Notes: generated by a model from the letters alone, not told the origin. 64,000 nt of DNA from Verrucomicrobiota bacterium (GCA_039798785.1 JBDKFG010000022.1:1-64000); one strand, 5' to 3'; shown: positions 29,148 to 38,666, numbered from the stretch's first letter. A program made the numbers and translations.

Positions 29148-29221
29148 TGACTCAGTGACCCAAGACTCCGTGACTCAGTGTGGTCAGATTCAGCGTCACT
29201 GAGTCTTGGGTCACTGAGTCA
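29148..29221. repeat. Inverted repeat built from 8-mer TGACTCAG units
   Basis: 29148-29173 and 29196-29221 are complementary at 25/26. Confidence 0.9.
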
Positions 29222-29236
29222 CCGAGTTGTGCTCCC

Positions 29237-30622
29237 TCAAAACTCCGCGTTTCTCGGGTATCTCGGGTAGGGAATCACATCGCGGATGTTGCCCATGCCG
29301 GTGGTGAATTGCACCAGGCGTTCGAAGCCAAGGCCGAAGCCGGCGTGGGGGACGGAGCCGTACTTGCGCAGGTCGAGGTACCACCAGTAGTCGGCGGGAT
29401 CAAGGCCGAGGGGCTTCATCTTGTCGATCAGGACTTCGTAGTTGTCCTCGCGCTGCGAGCCGCCGATGATCTCGCCGATGCCGGGGCAGAGGACGTCCAT
29501 GGCGCGGACGGTTTTGCCGTCGGCGTTGAGCTTCATGTAGAAGGCTTTGATGTCCTTGGGGTAGTCGGTGACGATGACCGGGCCCTTGAAGGTCTGTTCG
29601 GTGAGGTAGCGTTCGTGTTCGGACTGCAGGTCCATGCCCCAGGAGACGGGGAATTCGAACTTGGCGCCGGACTTCTGGAGGATGTCGACCGCTTCGGTGT
29701 AGGTGATGCGGGTGAAGGGGGCGTCGGCGAGTTTTTCGAGGCGGCTGACGGCTTCCTTGTCGATGCGTTCGGCGAAGAAGGCCATGTCGTCCTGGCAGGA
29801 GTTGAGGACGCGTTTGAAGCAGAATTTGAGGTATTGCTCGGCGAGCCAGGCGTTGTCATCGAGGGTGAAGAAGGCGGCTTCGGGCTCGATCATCCAGAAT
29901 TCGGCGAGGTGGCGCGAGGTGTTGGAGTTTTCGGCGCGGAAGGTGGGGCCGAAGGTGTAGATGCGGCCGAGAGCGGTGGCGTAGGTTTCGCCGTTGAGCT
30001 GGCCGGAGACGGTGAGGTGGGCCTTCTTGCCGAAGAAGTCCTGGCGGTAGTCGAGCTGGCCCTTGTCGTCGCGCGGGAGCTTGTCGAGGTCGAGGGTGGT
30101 GACCTGGAACATCTGGCCGGCGCCTTCGCAGTCGGAGGCGGTGATGATGGGGGTGTGGAGGTAGAGGAAGTCCTCGGACTGGAAGAAGTCGTGGGTGGCC
30201 TGGGCGAGGGCGTTGCGGACGCGCATGACGGCGCCGAAGGTGTTGGTGCGGGCGCGGAGGTGGGCGACTTCGCGCAGGGTTTCGAAGCTGATGCGGCCCT
30301 TCTGCAGCGGGTAGCTCTGGTCGGCTTCGCCGATGATCTCGACGGCTTCCGCCTTGAGCTCGTATTTCTGGCCTTTGGCGGGGGAGAGGATGAGCTGGCC
30401 GGTGACCTTGAGGGAGCAGCCGGTGTAGATCTTGAGGATGTGCTGGTAGTTGGGCAGGGTGGCTTCGGCGACGCATTGCAGGCTGCCGAAGGTGGAACCG
30501 TCGTAGACTTCGAGGAAGCTGAAGCCGCCCTTGGAGTCGCGGCGGGTGCGGAGCCAGCCGCCGATGGTGACGGTCTTGCCGACGAAGCTGTCGTCGAGGC
30601 GCTTGATGAGAGTGGGACGCAT
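29237..30622 (-). CDS. asnS: Asparagine--tRNA ligase
   Basis: [44 protein letters not shown]. Confidence 0.97.
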   Translation of the reverse strand: MRPTLIKRLDDSFVGKTVTIGGWLRTRRDSKGGFSFLEVYDGSTFGSLQCVAEATLPNYQHILKIYTGCSLKVTGQLILSPAKGQKYELKAEAVEIIGEADQSYPLQKGRISFETLREVAHLRARTNTFGAVMRVRNALAQATHDFFQSEDFLYLHTPIITASDCEGAGQMFQVTTLDLDKLPRDDKGQLDYRQDFFGKKAHLTVSGQLNGETYATALGRIYTFGPTFRAENSNTSRHLAEFWMIEPEAAFFTLDDNAWLAEQYLKFCFKRVLNSCQDDMAFFAERIDKEAVSRLEKLADAPFTRITYTEAVDILQKSGAKFEFPVSWGMDLQSEHERYLTEQTFKGPVIVTDYPKDIKAFYMKLNADGKTVRAMDVLCPGIGEIIGGSQREDNYEVLIDKMKPLGLDPADYWWYLDLRKYGSVPHAGFGLGFERLVQFTTGMGNIRDVIPYPRYPRNAEF

Positions 30623-30748
30623 GTTTTCTCCTCGTCAGTGTGAGTTGCGCCGCAAGGTAATTCCGCTATGACAAAAGGCGAGGGCGGGACTTTTCGGCCT
30701 GGAGGATTCTCTCGGATTACGAAGCCGGTCACCCGTGGCCGGTCATTT

Positions 30749-31717
30749 TCAGCGCAGCACAGTCCAGGCGAGGGCGGTGGCGAGGGCGAGGGCCCAGGCG
30801 TGGAATTTCAGTTTGATCGTCGCTTTGCAAAGGCAGCTCAGCCAGGCTGGATCGCGCAGGTCGCCGTCGTGGCGGGGCGCGGTCCAGACGCTATTCCAGG
30901 CGGGCAGGAAGGCGAGGAGGGCGGCGAGGGCGGGCCAGGGCAGGTGTTTGAGGCAGCAGGCGGCGGCGAGGCAGAGGAAGGCGGCGACGATGGCGAGCTT
31001 GTGGAGGACGAGGGCGCGTTCGACGCCGAGGCGTGCGACCAGGTTCATCTTAGCGACTGCGCGGTCCCCTTCGTAGTCGGGGATTTCGTTGGCGGTGATG
31101 ATGGCGAAGCCGAGGAAGCCGAGGAAGCAGGAAGGGAGGATCAGCTCGGGAACGAAAGCGTGCAGCAGGGCCATCGAAAGGGCTCCCATGACCAGGAGGC
31201 CGTTGTTGAGGAAGATGACGATTTCACCGAGGCCGCGGTAGCAGAATTTCAGCGGCGGCGCGCTGTAGCCCCAGCAGGAGATCAGGCCGGCGGCGGAGAA
31301 ATACAGGACCCGCCAGTCGCCCGCCAGCCAGGCGATCAGGACCGACAGGAGGGCCCCGGTCAAGAGGAAGGCATGCGCCACCTTTTCCACCGTGTCGGCC
31401 GCCAGCTTGCCCTCCTCGATCACTTTCGAGCCGCCGGAAAACGGCGTCGCGATATTGGCTTGTGCGTCGGCGCCGGAGCGGTGGTCCCAGACGTCGTTGA
31501 GCATGTCGGCGGCGAGGTGATAGATCAAGGCGCCGAGCATCGCCAGGAGGCAGAGGAGGGCGGCGCGGCCGGGGCTGACGGCGAGGCGCTCGCCGTGATG
31601 GTACCAGATCAGCCAGGCGCCGAGCGCCACCGGCATGCCGCTGATGAAGAAGAATCCTTGCGACACGCGCATCACGCGAAGCCAGTTGACGAGGCGGGAA
31701 TCGCCGGCGTATTTCAT
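30749..31717 (-). CDS. menA: UbiA-family prenyltransferase (MenA-like)
   Basis: NDVWDHRSGAD, FSGGS, YSAPPLK...RGLGE, NEIPDYEGD; multiple TM helices. Confidence 0.75.
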   Translation of the reverse strand: MKYAGDSRLVNWLRVMRVSQGFFFISGMPVALGAWLIWYHHGERLAVSPGRAALLCLLAMLGALIYHLAADMLNDVWDHRSGADAQANIATPFSGGSKVIEEGKLAADTVEKVAHAFLLTGALLSVLIAWLAGDWRVLYFSAAGLISCWGYSAPPLKFCYRGLGEIVIFLNNGLLVMGALSMALLHAFVPELILPSCFLGFLGFAIITANEIPDYEGDRAVAKMNLVARLGVERALVLHKLAIVAAFLCLAAACCLKHLPWPALAALLAFLPAWNSVWTAPRHDGDLRDPAWLSCLCKATIKLKFHAWALALATALAWTVLR

Positions 31718-31864
31718 CGAAGTCTCAAGTTAAGAGTTGAAAGGTGGAAAGGAAATCGATTCCCTTTTTGATGCGAGCGAGGATAGCGCCGCGGCGTCAA
31801 TTGGCCACTGGCAAGGAAGTCAGGTTGAGCTAGGGTTGCGGAGCTTTCATTCCAGGAGATCCTC

Positions 31865-32719
31865 ATGACCAGTCGAGCCCATCTCGCCTCCGCCTTCCTC
31901 TGCTCCGCAGTCCTGGCCTCGTGCAGCTCCGACAGCGACAAGGAGGCCAAGATCACTAACGACGAGACGGCGCGTTTCCTGGCCTCTCAGTTCAAGACTC
32001 GGGGCAAGGCGACAGCGCAGGTTCTCGGTCCCGGCCAGAGCCTGGAGGAGCAGCGCGGGCTCGACGTCGAGGATTCCTTCCGGCTCAAGGACGGATCGAT
32101 GAACGAGGCTGAGTTCAAGGAGGCCCTGGCAAAGGCGAAACCCGGCGACCGGGAAGCCTTGCGCCGCCGCCAGGCGGAGATCCTCAAGCACCGCGCCGGG
32201 GTGGAAGCCCTGAAGGCCGACGACATGGCCAGGAACAAGCACCGCAGCAGCGTTCACGCCGAGACCGCCACCGCCGATCTGATCGCCACCCTCGAGCGTC
32301 TGCGCCAGCCCGGCGTCGATCCTCATGCCGAGGAGGCCGTCTCGATCATCTTCGAAGCCCTCTGCGATCCGCGCCGCAAGGACGGCCGTGCCGCCGTGCC
32401 GGTGCTGGCGAAGTATCTTGACGATGGCCGCCCGGCCTACTTCGAGGCGATCGCCACCCAGGAGAGCGAGGAGAATCATCAGCGCTGGTTCTACGAAGAC
32501 GCCAACAAGTTCATCCCGATGACTCTCGGCCTCTACGCCGCTCTCCACATGCAGATTCTGGCTGAAACTCAGCCCAAGAACGTCGACTTCAAGATCCACG
32601 CCAGCGGCGTCTACCTGGCTCAGAGCGGCCCCTTCGCGATCAATTCCGCCGACCTGCTCAAGGCCTGGAAAGAATGGTGGGAGAAGAACCAGACTGATTT
32701 CCTCCAAGGCAAAAAATGA
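31865..32719 (+). CDS. Putative lipoprotein, paralog A
   Basis: RBS AGGAG; lipobox VLASC. Confidence 0.75.
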   Translation: MTSRAHLASAFLCSAVLASCSSDSDKEAKITNDETARFLASQFKTRGKATAQVLGPGQSLEEQRGLDVEDSFRLKDGSMNEAEFKEALAKAKPGDREALRRRQAEILKHRAGVEALKADDMARNKHRSSVHAETATADLIATLERLRQPGVDPHAEEAVSIIFEALCDPRRKDGRAAVPVLAKYLDDGRPAYFEAIATQESEENHQRWFYEDANKFIPMTLGLYAALHMQILAETQPKNVDFKIHASGVYLAQSGPFAINSADLLKAWKEWWEKNQTDFLQGKK

Positions 32720-33339
32720 GGCTCCCGATGCGCATCCCCCTCTTCGCCGCCTGCCTCGCCGCCGCCTCGTCCTGTAGCAGCAGCAAAGCGCCGCCGCCGC
32801 CCACCAAGTACAAAGTCATCGCCGCCGAAAAGACCGCCGCCGGAGAAAAGGCCATGACCGTCGGCCAGAAGATCGGTTCCTATCACAGCCGCAGCAAGGT
32901 CTTCCAGAAATTCACCGGCCGCGAGCTGCAAAAGCGCTTTGCCCAGGCCAAGGCCGAAAACGATCTGCTGACTCTGAGCGTCTTGATCGAAGAGAGCTTC
33001 AATGCCCAGCGTGACGACCTTGAAATCGTCCCCATCCTCGGGGCCCTGCTCGCCGACGAGCGCAAGGCGGTCCTGGCCGACGACGATCCGGTCACCCGTT
33101 TCCTCGCCTACAAGGTCGGCAACGACATCAAGACTGAGGATTTGACCCTCTCCATCTATGCCGCCTGGCATCTCCAATCGCGTCTCAAGACGACGCCTGA
33201 GAACATCTCGATTCACAGTGATCGCGTCTACTACGCTCGCCAGGGCAATTTCGCCGTCGGCAGCGAGCCTCTGCTCGCCGCTTGGCGCAAATGGTGGAAG
33301 GAGAAGCGCCAGGACTTCGAGGACGCACCGGCGAAGTGA
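32716..33339 (+). CDS. Putative lipoprotein, paralog B
   Basis: ATGA overlap; AASSC lipobox-like; C-terminus similar to paralog A. Confidence 0.75.
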   Translation: MRLPMRIPLFAACLAAASSCSSSKAPPPPTKYKVIAAEKTAAGEKAMTVGQKIGSYHSRSKVFQKFTGRELQKRFAQAKAENDLLTLSVLIEESFNAQRDDLEIVPILGALLADERKAVLADDDPVTRFLAYKVGNDIKTEDLTLSIYAAWHLQSRLKTTPENISIHSDRVYYARQGNFAVGSEPLLAAWRKWWKEKRQDFEDAPAK

Positions 33340-33445
33340 GCTTCAGCCCCATCCAGCCGCTGTGCTGTTAAGGAAAAACCAGAAGTTTTGGCGTGTACAA
33401 GACCAAAACATGCACAAGCTAGCACGGACTTGTGGGCTGTGCTTG

Positions 33446-33672
33446 CTCGTCGCGAAACGACGGTGTGAGTGTAGCCGGGGGTTTTAACCCCCGGATAGGA
33501 TCGCAAGGGAAATGCCGTCGCGAAGCGACAGGATGACATTTCGGCGATGGCGACGCAAACGGCATCCCCAAGCGCACCTGTCACCGCGTCGCTGCCGCGA
33601 CGCCGAATTCCTCGCCACGCGCACCGGGGGTTGAAACCCCCGGCTACAATCATTCTGTCGCTTCGCGACGAG
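33446..33672. repeat. REPIN-like element with inverted GTAG-type REPs (GTAGCCGGGGGTTT.AACCCCCGG) and CGTCGCGAAGCGAC hairpins
   Basis: The two ends are inverted copies. The left ~90 nt recur at 52444-52537. Confidence 0.88.
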
Positions 33673-33777
33673 CTGCAGAGCGCACAACTCAAACTGTGCT
33701 TGATCTGGACTTGCATTGCACAGGTCGAGAAGTTTGGGAGTTTTGGCTGGAAGGCCTGTGTTTTGTGCTTCCCCAAC

Positions 33778-33810
33778 TGTGTCCCTGTTGTGTCCCAGTT
33801 GTGTCCCAAT
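33778..33810. repeat. 11-mer tandem repeat TGTGTCCCAGT x3 (related copies at 57563-57592 and 62270-62291)
   Basis: Read directly from the sequence. Confidence 0.8.
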
Positions 33811-33832
33811 TAGGTTGCGGACGAAGTCCGCG

Positions 33833-34747
33833 TTAGATCAGCTTCATCACCTGGGCTTCGAGGGATTCGCCCTTGCTGACTCCGGCGATGAGCTGGCCCT
33901 GGGCGATGAGCAGGCCGAGGGCGGCGGTGATGAGTTCTTCGGGGCGGGCCGCCTCGACCTCGAGGACGAGGATGCCGCTGGCGGCCTGGAAGTCGAGCGA
34001 TTTGAGCTGCGGCAGGGCGCGCAGGGATGCCAGCTCGGGCTGGGCCCCGGGAAGGAGCTGGATCCGGATCTGGCGCGAGCTGCCGGTGAGGGTGGCCATC
34101 GTGCCTTCGAGGACGAGGCGGCCGTGATCGAGGATGGCGGCGGCGTCGCAGAGCGATTCGAGCTCGTGCAGGTTGTGGCTGGAGATGACGATGCAGCGTC
34201 CGGCGCGGCGCTGCTGGCGGATCAGCTCGCGGATCTGGTGGGCGTGTTTCGGATCGAGTCCGGCGGTGGGCTCGTCGAGCAGCACCAGCTCGGGATCGCC
34301 GAGGAAGGCCTGGGCGATGCCGATGCGTTTGGCCATGCCGTGCGACAGGGTGCCGCAGCGCAATTCCCCGGCCTCGGGCAGGCCGACGCGCTCGAGGGCT
34401 TCGGCCGCGAGTCGGCGGGAGCTGCGGGTGTCAAAGCCCTGCAGTCTGGCGAAGTAGCTGAGCAGGTCGGCGCAGCGGGTCTGGGCCGGCAGCAGGGCGT
34501 CCTGCGGCAGGACGCCGATGCGGTTGCGCAGGGCCTCGACCTTGCCGGGCCGGCAGCCGAGGACGGCGATCTCGCCGCTGCTGGGGTGGAGGAAGCCGGC
34601 CATCATCGAGAAGCTGGTGGTTTTGCCGGCGCCGTTGGGGCCGATGAGGCCGTAGATCTGGTCGGGGCCGATCTCGAGGCTGAGGGATTCGACCGCGACT
34701 TTGCGGCCGAAAGTCTTGCGCAGGGCGCGCATGCTGATGGGGTTCAT
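33833..34747 (-). CDS. ABC-2 type exporter ATP-binding protein
   Basis: GPNGAGKTT, LSHGMAKR, LLDEPTAGLDP. Confidence 0.9.
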   Translation of the reverse strand: MNPISMRALRKTFGRKVAVESLSLEIGPDQIYGLIGPNGAGKTTSFSMMAGFLHPSSGEIAVLGCRPGKVEALRNRIGVLPQDALLPAQTRCADLLSYFARLQGFDTRSSRRLAAEALERVGLPEAGELRCGTLSHGMAKRIGIAQAFLGDPELVLLDEPTAGLDPKHAHQIRELIRQQRRAGRCIVISSHNLHELESLCDAAAILDHGRLVLEGTMATLTGSSRQIRIQLLPGAQPELASLRALPQLKSLDFQAASGILVLEVEAARPEELITAALGLLIAQGQLIAGVSKGESLEAQVMKLI

Positions 34748-35703
34748 CGGTCTCTCCGGGTGGTGACGAGCCAGGCCAGGCCGGTGAAGAGGCTGGCAAA
34801 GAGGGTGTAGACGCCGAGGCTGCTGAGGAAGTAGGCGGGATCGGGGCTGTAGAGTCCGAACTTGTAGTAGGAGGGCAGCAGGTAGTCGAGGAAGGCGAGG
34901 GGCGGCCAGGAAGCGAGGGCGGAGAGGAACCAGAGGACGAAGATGGCGACCAGCTGGAAGAGCAGCGCCAGCAGCGGCATCCGGGTCAGCGACGAGAGGA
35001 ACGCGGAAAGGGCGACATAGGTGGCCATGTAGGCCATGCTGAGGCTCCAGAAGCGGCCGGCGGCGACGAGGGCGCCGGCGGCGTCGAAGCCCTTCAGCTG
35101 CCAGGCGAAATAGGCGAGGATGCAGAAGCTGGTGAAGAGCGAGATCAGCCACTGGATCGCCACCTGGCTGAGGATCTTGCCCAGAAGCATCGGGCCGGGC
35201 CGCAGCCGCGGCGCGAGATAGCGGACGAAGCGGTGCTGCAAGTCGCCGGAAAGCAGGTCGAAACCCATCAGCACCGAGAAGAGCGGCGTCACCAGGATCC
35301 CCATCCAGAAGACGAAGAGCATCGGCAGCGGCGTCGACTGGATCACTCCCGAAATCGCCCGGTCCTGACGCTCCGACAGCTTCGGCAGAACCGGCTTGGC
35401 CGGGGCGGACTGCGCCTCGCCGTCGAACATCGGCCGCTCGCCCTCCTCGATCGGCTCGTCGACCGAGGAATAGAGCAGGGCGGCGATCACCACCTTCGCC
35501 TCCTCGGGATTCATGTCTTTTTCTTCGGCGGTCTTGTAGAGCTTGCAGAAGATGCCGGCGGCAAGGAAGCTGCCGAGGAAATAGACGATCAGTAGCGACA
35601 GCGGCCGCACCCCACGCCAGATCGAGGCGAACTCGTAGCCGAAGACGATCGCGGTTTCACGCAGGTAGCCGAGGCGTCTCGGCGGCGGTAAGGAAGGATC
35701 CAT
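34744..35703 (-). CDS. ABC-2 type permease
   Basis: Six TM helices; GFDLLSGD...LLGK; coupled to the ATPase. Confidence 0.85.
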   Translation of the reverse strand: MDPSLPPPRRLGYLRETAIVFGYEFASIWRGVRPLSLLIVYFLGSFLAAGIFCKLYKTAEEKDMNPEEAKVVIAALLYSSVDEPIEEGERPMFDGEAQSAPAKPVLPKLSERQDRAISGVIQSTPLPMLFVFWMGILVTPLFSVLMGFDLLSGDLQHRFVRYLAPRLRPGPMLLGKILSQVAIQWLISLFTSFCILAYFAWQLKGFDAAGALVAAGRFWSLSMAYMATYVALSAFLSSLTRMPLLALLFQLVAIFVLWFLSALASWPPLAFLDYLLPSYYKFGLYSPDPAYFLSSLGVYTLFASLFTGLAWLVTTRRDR

Positions 35704-35711
35704 GGGAGCTC

Positions 35712-35878
35712 AGAGTTAAGAGTTAAGAGTTAAGAGTTAAGAGTTAAGAGTTAAGAGTTAAGAGTTAAGAGTTAAGAGTTAAGAGTTAAGATTCCAGGTT
35801 GTCGCAGGGAGCTTGAATGTAGAGTGCGGAGTGCAGAAGAGAAGGCCGCTTAACTCTTAACTCTTAACTCTTAACTCT
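35712..35878. repeat. (AGAGTTA)11 - 62-nt spacer - (TAACTCT)4 inverted heptamer arrays
   Basis: Perfect units at 35712-35788 and 35851-35878. Confidence 0.97.
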
Positions 35879-35880
35879 GG

Positions 35881-37143
35881 TCAATCTTCCGGCAGGGGCT
35901 GGTCCTTGGTTTCGCGGGCGAAGGGCAGGGCGGCGAGGCCGAGCAGGTAGATCAAGGCGATCAGAGTCGCGGCCCATTTGAGCGCGATTTTCCCTTGCAT
36001 CCAGCCCATCAGCCAGGGGCCGGCGGCGGCGGCGTAACGGGCGACGTTGAGGCAGAAGCCGGCGCCGGTGGCGCGCAGGCGCGAGGGGTAGAGTTCGGGC
36101 AGGTAGATGATGTAGCCGGAGAACATGCCGCCGGTGAAGAAACCCATCAGCGGCACCCAGATCTTGGCGCTCTCCGCATCGACCGAGAGGTGGAAGCACA
36201 GCGGCGTCACCACCAGGCTGCCGAGGAAGTAGAAGGCGAAGGAGTGGCGGCGGCCGAGATAGACCGCGATCGGCGCGCAAAACAGGAAGCCGGCCATCTG
36301 CGCCAGGGTCTGCCAGTTGCTGATCGCCACCTTCTCCGCTTTGGCCACTTGGTTGAGCAGGTCGACCGCACAGTAGTTCGCCCCCCATATGCCAAAGACC
36401 CCGGCGGTCGCCAGCGCCACGCCGACTCCGGTGTGACGGCGGAAACGCGGCGAAAAGAGCTCGCGCAGCGATCCCGATTCCTGCGCCGAATGGCTGGCGT
36501 GCGCCTGCTTCCAGGTGTCGGGCTCCTTGACCGCGTAGCGCAAGAGGACGGTGAGCAGGGCCGGGGCGATGCCGACGGCAAAGGCTTCGCGCCAGCCGTA
36601 GCCATGGTCCTTGAGGCTCGAGCAGATGGTGTTGGCGAGGATGATGCCGACGCTGGCGGCGCTCTGCAGGATGCAGGCGACCCAGGTGCGGGCCCGGCCG
36701 GGGAAGACCTCGGCGATCAAGGCCGCGCCGCAAGCCCATTCGCCACCGACGCCAAGACCGGTGAGAAAGCGGCAGACCGCCAGCTGCTCGATGTTCTGGA
36801 CGAAGCAGGAGAGACCGGTGAAAAGCGAATAGATCAAGATGGTGTAGAGCATCGCCTTGGTCCGGCCGATCTTGTCGCTGACGACCCCGAAGAGGATGCC
36901 GCCGGTGGCCCAGCCGATCAGCAGCGCCGCCTGGATGCCGCCGGCCCACAAAGCCACCTTCGGATCGGAGGCGGGAAGCCGGAGCAGCTCGCTGGTCGCA
37001 TCGGTCTTGACGAAGGTCCACAACAAGGCGTCCATGACGTCGAAAGTCCAGCCCAGCCAGGCGACGAAAAGCACGAGCCATTGATAGCCGGTGATGCCGC
37101 GCCACCAGGGGCCGGATTGAGATGGGGACGGATCAGGATGCAT
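35881..37143 (-). CDS. MFS transporter
   Basis: GVVSDKIGR motif A, RFLTGLGVGGEW, PELYPSRLRATG. Confidence 0.93.
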   Translation of the reverse strand: MHPDPSPSQSGPWWRGITGYQWLVLFVAWLGWTFDVMDALLWTFVKTDATSELLRLPASDPKVALWAGGIQAALLIGWATGGILFGVVSDKIGRTKAMLYTILIYSLFTGLSCFVQNIEQLAVCRFLTGLGVGGEWACGAALIAEVFPGRARTWVACILQSAASVGIILANTICSSLKDHGYGWREAFAVGIAPALLTVLLRYAVKEPDTWKQAHASHSAQESGSLRELFSPRFRRHTGVGVALATAGVFGIWGANYCAVDLLNQVAKAEKVAISNWQTLAQMAGFLFCAPIAVYLGRRHSFAFYFLGSLVVTPLCFHLSVDAESAKIWVPLMGFFTGGMFSGYIIYLPELYPSRLRATGAGFCLNVARYAAAAGPWLMGWMQGKIALKWAATLIALIYLLGLAALPFARETKDQPLPED

Positions 37144-37170
37144 CGGGGGCCTCGGGAATCAAGAGGGGGA

Positions 37171-37767
37171 TCAAAGGCGGGCGGCAAAAAATTTCAGGGC
37201 ACGATGGGACTGAAATAAGAAGATGCCAGCGGCGATGAGGAAGATGAGGGTGAAAAAGAGCCCGATATGGGGGACCTTATCAAGCAGCATCGCAAAAAAT
37301 CCGATGAGGAGAGGCGCGACGCTGAGCCCCGGGGCGACATCCAGTTCTTTTTGCCGGCAGATTCGGGGATAGTGGCGATGGATCTTCACCGCCAGGAGAA
37401 TGATGCCGACGACCTGGATGCAGGGGATACAGCAGAGGATGGTGGAGCTCAAGGGCGTCATGCTGGGCTCTTCCTCGTCGAGCTGCATCAGAGCGGCAAG
37501 GCGGTAGATGAGTTTGACGGCGTAGATCAGGGTGGCGAGTACCGGCAGCACCAGAACGAAGAGGAAGGGCTCCATCTCGAACTTCAGCAGCGCCGGAAGA
37601 AGGATCAGGATCAGCAAGAGTCCGTAAGCCAGCAGCAGCCTCGGCACCGGGCTGCCGCGGCGCAGGGATTGGAGGTAGTTCGCGGCGTGGGGCGGGATTT
37701 GCAGCCCCGAGGGGGGAGCTTCTTTCTGCAAGTTCGCACTGGGGCGGTAGGGGTCGAGATCGTTCAT
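37171..37767 (-). CDS. Hypothetical membrane protein
   Basis: DPYRPS N-terminus; several TM helices; RBS GGAG. Confidence 0.7.
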   Translation of the reverse strand: MNDLDPYRPSANLQKEAPPSGLQIPPHAANYLQSLRRGSPVPRLLLAYGLLLILILLPALLKFEMEPFLFVLVLPVLATLIYAVKLIYRLAALMQLDEEEPSMTPLSSTILCCIPCIQVVGIILLAVKIHRHYPRICRQKELDVAPGLSVAPLLIGFFAMLLDKVPHIGLFFTLIFLIAAGIFLFQSHRALKFFAARL

Positions 37768-37964
37768 GCAACAGCAGTCTCCGGAGTTTGCACCATAAGC
37801 AGCCCGGAACTTAGCCTGCCAAATCAGACTGGGAGACACGGGGGACGCAAGAGCTCAGATCAACTGCAGAAGACGCAGATGAACGCAGAAAAGATCGCGA
37901 AGCCCTCCGCTTTCCGTTTTTGTGCTCTCTGGCTCCTCTTCGCTTCTTCGAGTCCTCCGGACCG

Positions 37965-37997
37965 AAAAAAACTCGGCGCCCCGAAGGACGCCGAGTT
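37965..37997 (-). terminator. Intrinsic terminator after sod
   Basis: AACTCGGCG...CGCCGAGTT followed by a U-run on the minus strand. Confidence 0.8.
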
Positions 37998-38015
37998 CGG
38001 GCGAGTGACGCAGGC

Positions 38016-38666
38016 TCAGCCGTGGCAGCCGCCGCCGCAGCAGCCGCCGCCCATCGAGGCGGCCGCAGCCTTGCGGTAAAGCATGTCGGCGTTCTGCCAG
38101 TTGGTCAGATTCCAGAAGGCGGTGATGAAGTCGGGACGGCGGTTCTGGAACTGCAGGTAGTAGGCGTGCTCCCAGACGTCGAGGGTGAGGACCGGCTTGC
38201 CGCCGTTCATCAGGGGCGATTCCTCGTTGGGGGCGTTGCTGACTTCGAGCTTGCCGTTGCGGACCGAGAGGAAGGCCCAGCCGGAGCCGAACTGAGTCGC
38301 GGCGGCGGCGGCGAACTTCTCGCGGAAGGCGGCGTAGGAGCCGAACTCGGCGGTGATCGCGTCAGCCAAGGCGCCGACGGGCTCGCCGCCGCCCTTGGGG
38401 GAGAGGCTGGCCCAGTAGAGATCGTGGTTGTAGACCTGGCCGGCATTGCGCTTGACGCCGGTGCGGATCGCCTCGGGGACGATGGCGAGATTGGCGACCA
38501 GCTGCTCGAGCGGGAAGGAGGCCAGAGGCGAGCCTTCCAGGAGCTTGTTGAGGTTGTTGGCGTAGGCGGCGTGGTGCTTGTTGTAGTGGATGTCGAGGAT
38601 GCTCGACTCGAAGGTCGGAGCGAGATCGTTGAGTCCGTAGGCGAGGGGGGCGGGGGCGAAGGGCAT
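38016..38666 (-). CDS. sodB: Fe/Mn superoxide dismutase, Fe-type signature
   Basis: HYNKHHAAY, NAGQVYNH, FGSGWA, DVWEHAYY; RBS GGAG. Confidence 0.9.
   Translation of the reverse strand: MPFAPAPLAYGLNDLAPTFESSILDIHYNKHHAAYANNLNKLLEGSPLASFPLEQLVANLAIVPEAIRTGVKRNAGQVYNHDLYWASLSPKGGGEPVGALADAITAEFGSYAAFREKFAAAAATQFGSGWAFLSVRNGKLEVSNAPNEESPLMNGGKPVLTLDVWEHAYYLQFQNRRPDFITAFWNLTNWQNADMLYRKAAAASMGGGCCGGGCHG

Noticed and set aside
35712..35878. CRISPR array or telomere-like repeat
   Set aside because: The units are 7 nt with no unique spacers, there are no cas genes, and the tract lies inside an operon.
37861..37950. 9-mer repeat (ACGCAGAWG-like) with a weak inverted arm
   Set aside because: It is probably another decayed micro-repeat element, but too degenerate to delimit.
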